NCBI GenBank assembly: GCA_051362555.1
Contig: CM120640.1
Coordinates: forward strand, 56,274,788 to 56,338,787
DNA: 64,000 nucleotides
Reading direction: 5' to 3'
Source: Lingula anatina
Lineage: Eukaryota > Animalia > Brachiopoda
Shown here: positions 26,378-35,588 of the stretch, piece by piece
Layout of the letters: every line of letters starts with the position of its first letter
Position numbering within the stretch: the first letter of the stretch is position 1
Made by a program: the position numbers and the translations under genes
Notes under the pieces: generated by a model
What the model was told of the DNA's origin: nothing
The model's database searches: none
What the model saw: the letters and a program-made list of their open reading frames with translations, nothing else

Positions 26378-27292
26378 CATAACATTAGTAAAAGTCTGTT
26401 GTGTCATAAAACGCTTTACCTTCAAAAAGTTTTTTGTACGTTTTGTTGTATTTATTTTGTGTAATGTTAGTAATTTTGTAGACTGAGTTGATTGACATGA
26501 CCTCGTCGTATATATAATGTTAACGGGGGACAGTAATGTAAGAGGCTAAAGAGAGAGGAAGAAAATGTAAATAAGGTAGTTAAGAAGTGACAATAAAGAA
26601 TAAGAAGGAACATTAAGTTTTGTTCTTACCTCACGTAATTAGTAAGATAAAGTCAATACCACCGTGACGTATGGTGGAGGATGCAAAAGAGAAGAACCAG
26701 TCACCAGGGAGACATCCAGAAGAGAGCACATAAATAGTGGAGAATAAATAAATAAATGATGGAGGTTGCAAAATGAAAAAAATAATGAGGCGTTTGACAC
26801 CATGAATCTTGTCAGGAAGAGAGAGAACGATCACCGAACGAAAATACGCAAGCGAGCACAAAGTATCCGGAAAGGAGATAGGAACTGGACAAACAGGGAA
26901 TGGAAGTCTTTTCTAGATATGTTCTGATACCTGATACTTAAAATAAATGTAAACATTATTCATCTTCATTAGTAAAAGTCTGTTTTAGGCTATCATAAAA
27001 CGCTTTGTCTACAGAAAAGTTTTTATTGCACGTTTTGTTGTATATATTTTGTGTGATGTTAGTAATTGACAGCCATGATTGGATAAGAAGTGGGGAGTGT
27101 TTTGTAGACTAACTGAGTTGATTGACATGACCTCGTCGCAGTACGTATGTTTGACACCATAAATCTTGTCAGGAAGAGAGAGAGAACGATCACCGGACGA
27201 AAATACGCAAGTGAGCACATAATATTCGGAAAGGAGATGGGAACCATACCTGATACCTGATACTTTAAATGAATGTAAACATTTTTCATCTT
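26378..27292. repeat. Locally duplicated segments, probably transposon-derived: ~26378-26510 resembles ~26966-27138, and ~26791-26965 resembles ~27148-27292
   Basis: Shared blocks CATTAGTAAAAGTCTGTT, GACTGAGTTGATTGACATGACCTCGTCG and GTTTGACACCAT..AATCTTGTCAGGAAGAGAGAGAACGATCACCG. Confidence 0.7.
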
Positions 27293-28169
27293 TTGATAAG
27301 TCATATGTGCATTAAGTAAATTCACTTTTGTTTACATTTTATGCAACTATTGACTTTAAAAAATTACAGGTTGCGGAATGTTTGAAGAGATGCCCGACTC
27401 CACACGCGCCTTTAAACGGATTAGATCTCTGCTCTGAGGTTTAAATGCTAGGGCCTGCAGCGGCGGCGGAGGCGGGGAGACCATCAGGAATCCGCGGCAT
27501 CGCTTTTGAACTGTGGTCGGCCATATTTAGTCGGCGGATCAGTATGTACTCGGATCATCCATTCTGAATGGGGCCATAGACTCGTCATATAATCAACAGA
27601 GCAAACGAATACGATTTAAAACTAACTTTAACTTAAGATTCATTTTCATGTTATTTCTACTGGGGATTCATCGTCGTGGATTGGGCGCCTTGCCTGCGTT
27701 TGTTATTAGCTCCTATACTCGGTTGAAAGCGGAATGTGCCGCCGGTGTCGCTCTCAACAAGGGAATCGGACTTTTGTCGCATGTAATTTGGTAAATACGA
27801 ATATAATCTCGACTTTAACTTGATTTATCTTTGGCAGAATTATCCTGTGATACCAATAGCGAATAAGAATGGATGGTTCATTGCATGTTATGTAAACATT
27901 GTGGAGTAAAGATAAAGCATGCGTAAATAGATAGTTTTGTTGAAGTATTGTTACGTTTTGCGTTAGTCTTTTATATAACAATAAAAAGTACAGGGAATTA
28001 AAAAAATAATTATCCCACGTCCGAACCAAAACTGGTGAGAAAAATTGCGGTCTACTGCTCGGCACCTCATCATGTATACAAAACGTGTTTGGTTCTCTAA
28101 TCCATTGTTCATTTCTTTATTTCTTTCACACTTCACAACTGTAAACTATTTACATGTTTAACAATACAG

Positions 28170-28542
28170 ATGGCATATTTTATGAATCTTTATCGAAAGG
28201 TTTTACAGGTTCACAATGAGTCCCAACAAGGTATTGTTAACTGCTGCAGCACCGCAGTGGCAAATAGAAATGAGGTACTGTCCCTTTTTACATATCGTTC
28301 TAAAAGAGTAAATTGACCTTTTTAATCCTCACCAGGTATGTGAAAGTGGCACTTGTACCGGGTTCCGCTGCGGTTCATGCGCTGTCAATTCATGTCCATC
28401 AGGTCCATATTGTGCATATGTACCATTGCTAAAAAGTTCTCGATGTCAGACGAAGAGGGAATGTCAAGAAAGGTGTATAAGGAGCCGTGACTGTGCCAAC
28501 AACCGCTGCAGATTCTTCAGGTGCAGATGTGATGAAAGCTAA
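28170..28542 (+). CDS. Putative small cysteine-rich protein or decaying pseudogene. Exons: ~28170-28274 and 28336-28542
   Basis: 28336-28542 reads VCESGTCTGFRCGSCAVNSCPSGPYCAYVPLLKSSRCQTKRECQERCIRSRDCANNRCRFFRCRCDES* (13 Cys in 68 aa) after a pyrimidine-rich CAG acceptor. The reading frame of the upstream exon is ambiguous. Confidence 0.55.
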
Positions 28543-28543
28543 T

Positions 28544-28605
28544 CAGGGCCGTAGCCTCCAGGGGGGCAGGGGGGCAGTTGCCCCCCCTGGGATTTGAGGT
28601 GCAAA

Positions 28606-28636
<31 letters not shown>

Positions 28637-29051
28637 AATCGCAAAGGTAAATAATAATTAATAAAATAATAATTAACAAAAAATAATTGCAAAGTTGGTA
28701 TCAATTCTGTGAGAAAATGCACTCATGGCCACTAGACAATCATTCAACAATCTGTTAACAAAGGTGTACTGTTTTTAGCCAACTCAGTTCATGCCAAAAA
28801 GCTCACCCTCCCTTAGGGAGCTATCCTTAGGGGAGCTATACTTATGGCAAAATGAACCCACAATTTCTGACTTCTGATTGAGCAATAAAACAGTTAAAAT
28901 GCACCAGAATGCAGTATTATACATACAGTTTTTAAAAATTTTCCACACCATGGGAGGGGGACACCCCCTCCCATACCCTCCCCCCTCGGGGGCTTCGACC
29001 CCTCGTGTCTGCTACTGCCCCCCCTGGCATTTTGCTCAGGCTACGGCCCTG
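28544..29051. mobile_element. 508-bp MITE with 14-bp TIRs and a 5-bp TSD (CTAAT); hAT-like CAGGG termini
   Basis: CTAAT|CAGGGCCGTAGCCT...AGGCTACGGCCCTG|CTAAT, with subterminal CCAGGGGGG(G)CAG inverted motifs. Confidence 0.88.
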
Positions 29052-31045
29052 CTAATCGTCCAGCACGGTGTAATGAGTTGTTATTCGTGTAATTCAGTGT
29101 TAACTCGTTAGATGTTCACGAACACTTCTAAGATCATTGTCTTCGCATACTAACGAAGCAAAGGCATCATAAAAAGGCTGTTGTAATTGAATGGTATTAA
29201 GTTCTGATAAAATAAAAAGGAGTATAAATGCAAATCGTACTTTTGATCTATATCATTGCATGTGTGCATAATATCTTTCGTATTTCTTTTTAGCGGATTC
29301 GTGAGCACGAGAAATTGCTTTAACTCAAGAAAAATTCTATTGGCTGGTAAAATCCGTATAGAGTACCTTTGAGTATAATAACTGCTTGCAGTTGTGTTTT
29401 TTTTTATATTGATTTTATGTATCGATAATTAAATTGTCATAACTGCATACAACGTAACCTAAAAACTGATGAGACAAGAGGCAAAAAAAAAAGAAAAATA
29501 TAGCAGATATAGAGGAATGATAAGGATGGAGAGGGAGAATCTGATAGATAAACGAAAGGAGGAAAAGGGAAAGACGGGATGAGGAAAATGATGAGGTAGA
29601 AGGAAGGATAAATAGAGAGAGAGAATTGTAAAGGGGGTGGGGGTGGGGGTGGGGAGAGAGAGAGAAAATAGAATTATGTTGTATAGTCCACTGAATAACA
29701 CTGTTACCAGAATCCAGCGTAATTCCCAGAACGTCATGGTATATGTACCTGGAAAATTTCAACACAATTGATCGCGATAAGAATATAAGGAATCGTGTTG
29801 CAGTCAAATCTAAACTAAAAAAATAATCGAATCCACGATGATCCCTAGATTAGATCTACGCCGAAACTATTTTAATCGAGACATTTTTATATATTACTTT
29901 GATGCATGTACACCTATTCAGATAAATAGACCAACTTGCATATGACGGGATTATATAATTAAAATAGAAAGACAGATGATGTAAAATGTTCGGAATATGG
30001 TCTATTTTATCGGTGGAATAATACATGTACAACTTGTCATGTATCACTACCCTCTGGTATCAAGGGCCTTAAAATACTATACAAAATCACACTAGGGGCC
30101 TTTCAACATTTTTGTCACAGACTACTATGGCACCCTGTGGCCAGAGAGTAATGTGCGTTGAGACAATCATTGGCATTTCAACGATCTTCTTAAAAATGAT
30201 CTTGTCAGTTGACAATGCGTTTATATTGGCAACCAAAAGATAGATTGGTACAAATCATATAACGGTAAATGGTCTTATGTGGATTTTATTTGATATGTCT
30301 TGAGGGAAAATATGGTTAAAATGTGACGGCCGTAGTTATTGATATGACTTGGTGTAGTGTTGAGGTAGGAAGTGATGCGCATGACGTCATATAAACACTA
30401 GTATCTGGGACGCCAGATAAATACTATAATCTGGGACGCCAAATACATTGTAAACAACTCAAAGAAATATAATACATTTTATTTTACCACCCAAACGGCG
30501 GTTAACGCATTTATTCTGGAGTTAGTGCTTGCCATCACATCACGTGACCTCCATAGATAGCTACACTCTGTAAAAATGCAATGTAAACAATAAAGAATAT
30601 GAAGGAACATGAAAATTGTTTTGTTCTTTCCTCGCGTAATCAGTAAAATAAAGTCCATCGTAACATTTGTCATCTTATACTTTTTCGTGCATCATCATTA
30701 TTTGTATAGCTCCTTTTATCTTATAAATGAAACCCTGTCCATCCAGTAGTAAAGAACATATTTTTTTGTTACCATGTTTTTCACACCATTCATTCCATCT
30801 TTTTGATGCACGTTTTTTATTTATTCTTATATATAAAAAAGCAAGTCCATAATTTCGAAACTGCGTCGTGACTTTGTTAGCGCAAATCATTCATTTTCCA
30901 GATTGAAAAATACTTAGTATGTTAGAAAAATTAATCTTACAGCTTCTTTTTTAATTGATTCATTAAAAAAATATAAATATTTCATTATGCATTACTCTGG
31001 TTTAAGAAGGGAGAAGACATTTTCTGGTTTAGTAACAAAATGGTT

Positions 31046-31775
31046 AGGAGAAGGGGAAGGGGGACCGGGGTAAATTGCCCCAGTGAGAGACTTTTGGCCT
31101 TGTGGAGCTAAATGTGAAAAAGTTAGAGCACCAAAACTGGTTTGAGAACAAACAAAGACTTAACTACAGATGCAACGTCATTGTTTTGCAATGTAATGCC
31201 ACATGGATCACAATTTGACCAAAAAAAAAAAAAAAAAAAAAAAAAAAACACCTGTTGTCAGGGGGGCTCACTTGTCCCATGGCGGGCAAGTTGGCACCCT
31301 ATAGCCTACTGAAATAATGTAGCAATCCATGTTAACGCCATTAATGTATTTTACGCCTTTTATCATATCTAATTGATTTTGAGAGTCTTAGCTAAATTTG
31401 CAGTCCATATGGGGCAGATATTTTGATGTTTCTACGCGTTTCCTTCAATATCTTGAATTTGTGTTGAAAAATCATGAAAATTAAGGGTCCTTGAGTGCTA
31501 GAATAAACTATGACATTCATGGTACACATCCTTTATACTATCACAAAATGTAAATAAATTTTAAAATATCTTCAACAAAGTTACTTTCAGATGTAAGTCT
31601 TTTATTTGGACACACCGCCCAAGCAAAACTTTTCTGACCGACGCTTTCTTGGCACTGTGGGATATGGTGACTTTACAAGATAATATCTGATGACATTTTT
31701 TGCCTCCTAGGTATTTTTTATAAGTTGACGATCTGCCAACTTACCCCGGGGTCCATCTAGCCCTGCTCTCCCTTA
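31046..31775. mobile_element. Degenerate non-autonomous DNA transposon
   Basis: Imperfect inverted ends: AGGAGAAGGGGAAGGGGGACCGGGGTAAATTG versus CAACTTACCCCGGGGTCCATCTAGCCCTGCTCTCCCT. Confidence 0.45.
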
Positions 31776-32269
31776 GGTTATTTGTCGACACTGTCAAGGG
31801 TTTGTGTGCTATGCCTTCTATCTATCTATAGATAGATAGATAGATAAAATGAAAGAACAAAAATCAATATCTAACTTAGTAAGTTGTAATACGGAATGGT
31901 ATCAAATATTTGTCCCGTATCTTATAAATATAAGTGAAACTCATTTGTCAGGTTTATTAATTACTCGTTTTTAATTATTTACAATGAACATGATATAGAA
32001 TGTTTAATCTTTAATTCTTTGTTGCCTTGCCAGATTGCTACTGTTGGCTTTTTCGTTGGAAGAAGCGATGAATGATGCCCCTTAGCGGCAAATATAACAT
32101 CAAGTTAATTTAACATTTAGAAAATAGGCCCGCAGTCCCTTTGCTCGGAATATTTAAGACAGTGTTGCGCTATATTGTCGTACCGAGAGAAAATATTAAA
32201 TATTTATAATAATAACGGCGTAGCACAAATTTTCATTCTATTCATCCATATAAAAGCTATTGGATAATG

Positions 32270-33060
32270 ATAATAATAATAATATTTATTTATTTATTGT
32301 GAAATAATATTTATTTCTTACATTTCAATGCACTTCACAATATACAATATTAATATAAAAATTATTAAGAATAACAGCACTAAAATACAGACTTACTTTA
32401 AAAGTTTAAAAACATTAATCATAAAAACTTTTAAAAAGATGAGTTTCAAGACTTTAAAACTGTCGTAATTGCTATTTGAGATCTAATCAAAAAGACGTAA
32501 ACAATAAAAGCCCTGACTCAATAAAATTTATTACACTCCCTCTCTGGCTAAGTGTAAAGTTGTTATAAAAAGGATGTCTAGTTTGCCTTTGTGGTTCTAA
32601 CTTTGTAATAAGTTACATTGCCGAAATTGATGTACTCTAGCGCTCTATGAAAAAAAATGCACAAGACTTTGAATATTTTTTGTCGGATTGGTAACCAATT
32701 CAATGTAGTTCTTTTAAAACTGGAGTAATGTGTTCCAAACTTTTTAAAAATCTTCTTTATTAATATTTTATCTGCTGGATTTTCAGTTAGTTGGACTTTT
32801 TTTAAAAATTACTCTCACTCAATCCAAAGGGAATACTATTAAAACAATCAAGTTTTGAGGTAACAAAAGCATGGACTAATTTTGTTGTTGATATGTCCAG
32901 TAAGTTACGAACTTTGCCTATCCTCCAAAGAAAAAACGATGTTCGCTTACAAATATTGTTGATTTGTTCTCCAAAAATTTCAGATGAATCAAAAATTACA
33001 CCTAAATATCTCACAATTTTAGATGCTTTTAGATGCTTTCACATTACCAACGTGAACATA
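32270..33060 (-). mobile_element. Degenerate 3' end of an L2/CR1-clade LINE (RT C-terminal region and simple-repeat tail), interrupted by a Tc1 element
   Basis: RYLGVIFDS...LVHAFVTSKLDCFNS...GL is typical of the L2/CR1 ORF2 C-terminus. (AAT)n/(TTTA)n tail near 32270-32300. Sequence probably resumes after 34726. Confidence 0.8.
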
Positions 33061-34724
33061 CAGGGTTGCTACTTAATATGGAATATTATTTTTTTGGCGA
33101 GTAAATTTTCTACATAATATTTATTTTCTCTCTAACTACTTTAAACCCAAAACTGAGTTGTCACTCCATGTGTAGCCACGTGTGTTACCTAATTACCACA
33201 CGACTCTCGAAACAATTGATGCATGCAGTTGCATGTTCTGTGGTCAGAAATGTGAGGGGTGGTCTTTTCGGCAATTTCTGCCCTTGTATAAAAACGCATG
33301 GGTTTGGTCAATCTTTGGAGTGTATTTAGAGAAGCAACAAAGGGATCGCTCTGAAACTTGACAGGTACCTTAGAGAAGATATGGTTCGACAGCAAAGCAA
33401 CGCAGCTTACTACGGGATTCTTGCTCTCAAAGAAAAAGGACAGAAACGGACAGCCATTGCCAGGCAATGCAACATTTATCAGGAACCGTAAGTAAAGTCC
33501 TCCAAAGAAATGCTACAACAGGGGCACCTACTCCAATACCATGACCAGGGTGTCCTCGTATCACACCAAGAAGACAGGATTGCCTTCTCCTTAGAGTGCG
33601 CCGTGCTGGTCGTACAAAGATAACCAGTATCCTCAGAAAAGAGTGGCAGAATGTCATTCAAACGCCCGTTTCAAGGTCCCTCGTGAACAAGAGATTACTG
33701 CAAGTCGGTCATTTTGCATGAAGACCAGTAGGGAAACCACTGTTAACAACAGGTCATATACAGCGACGCCTGCAATGGGCTGGGGACCACATGCACTTGC
33801 AGCCAAAAAACTGAAATCACGTCGTTTTGGGTGATGAGGCTAGGTATGGAGTTTTTAGGGTTAACGGTCGAATCCGTGTCCGCCGACGTGTACGAGAGGC
33901 ATAAAACGATGATTGTGTACTGCCTAGGGTGCAAGCAGGGGGTGGTAACGTCTCTGTTTGGGGAACATTTCATGCCGATGCCCAGAACCAGTTGTTTTTC
34001 TAGGATGCAACCTCAACCAGGGTTCCTACAGAGACATTCTACAGCAAACAATCCTTCGATTTGTAAGAGTCTTCAGAAACAACTTTGTGTACCAAGACGA
34101 CTGTGCAACCCCACATCGAGCTCTCAGAATCATTGTTTTTCTTCGAAACCAATGGGTTCAGCAACTGACCTGGCCTGCAAACTCCCCAGATATGAACCCA
34201 ATTGAAAACCTGTGGGCGGAAGTAACTCACAGAATTAATAGCTATGGTCATCGGACGGTAAATAGCGATGAACTACGACAGGCAAATATCACTGCGTGGA
34301 ATGACATCCCCATCAAAACTCTAAAAAAACTTGTCACAGGGTATGCAATGTAGGATAAGGGCGCTGCAAGCGGGCTGCCGGAGGTCATACCCGCTGTTGA
34401 TGACTTTTCAAGATTTACTGTAATGAGTTCTTTGACTGTGTAACATATCACTGTTCGGAAGCTATAATTTTCTTAATATCTTAGCTTAAAATTAATACTG
34501 ACATCAAACTGTTGATATGGTTTTCTGGGTGTGTTCTTTTCTTTTGAATGACATCTTATGTCAGATTTGATATTATTGACCAAAATATCTCACAATTGAA
34601 GACTCGATATTTTTATCACTCAATGACATACTTTTTTGATGAATCAAACCAAAAAAATTTGATCAGCACTCAAAAATAACAATGATAAAATATATTCCAT
34701 ATTAAGTAATAGGGCCTAACCCTG
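33061..34724 (+). mobile_element. Second Tc1/mariner transposon, degenerate
   Basis: TA|CAGGGTTGCTACTTAATATGGAATAT...ATATTCCATATTAAGTAATAGGGCCTAACCCTG|TA. Transposase remnant VYQDDCATPHRA...WPANSPDMNPIENLW at 33958-34353. Confidence 0.9.
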
Positions 34725-34831
34725 TAAGTGTTTTCTTTTGTTGTCACCATTGTCTTTAAACCTAGAGGAAAATCAGATAATATCAGAAATATTCAGTTGC
34801 TACGCTTTGTAACAACCCTGAACTTTTACCC

Positions 34832-34862
<31 letters not shown>

Positions 34863-35110
34863 AACATTTGGCTTACTCCTCCACAGTAGCCCTGTAAATC
34901 CCCCGGCAAAAAAGAAGTGTGACATATTTAACATAATTGTTTATTTCCGTTAATTGAAAACCCTATTATAAATACAACAAACACGTCTTCCCGGGACTCA
35001 AAAAGTGCATATTCCAAAACAGTGGGGGTGAGGGGGAAGTGTCGATGCGAGTAATAGGCCTATATAGGCCCTACAGTACGTATTATAGGCCTATATGATA
35101 ACTTTGTTTT

Positions 35111-35141
<31 letters not shown>

Positions 35142-35529
35142 GGGGAGGCTAGTAGCAAAGTCTGGAAATGAAAGAGACGACTCTAAATAGGCCTGTGGTG
35201 TAAGTAGGATATATTGGAATAATCCCTGTACAAAAAAAGGATGATACGCAACCCACAGAAGTTATACAAATGCCCGGGTTGCACCATGTCTTGCAAAACC
35301 TCCTTCGCACCCCCTCCCCCGCCCCCTTTGATATCCTGAATCCACCAAGGTAAAAAGTAACCATTTCGATTGTTTTGATCATTTTGAGGCGTCTTAATCT
35401 CTTGGGATTTAATATAATAAGTAATATGACCCCTCTGTTACTGTGGAGAATAACCTGATTATTAATAAATAACCTTGTAATGTTTGAAAAAGGACGAACT
35501 AAAACGTGACGGTCAGCTCGTAATTTCTC

Positions 35530-35588
35530 CCACTAGGCGGCGCTGTTTTCGTGACTTCATTTGCATATAACATTACAAAAATGGCCAC
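35530..35588 (+). promoter_or_regulatory. Candidate HDAC1/2 proximal motifs: CTCF-like CCACTAGGCGGCGC, octamer ATTTGCAT, YY1-like AAAATGGC overlapping the ATG
   Basis: Motif matches directly upstream of, and overlapping, the start codon at 35581. Not otherwise validated. Confidence 0.35.

Noticed and set aside
29415-29807. 130-aa and 92-aa hydrophobic ORFs
   Set aside because: They translate low-complexity purine/pyrimidine-biased repeat sequence.
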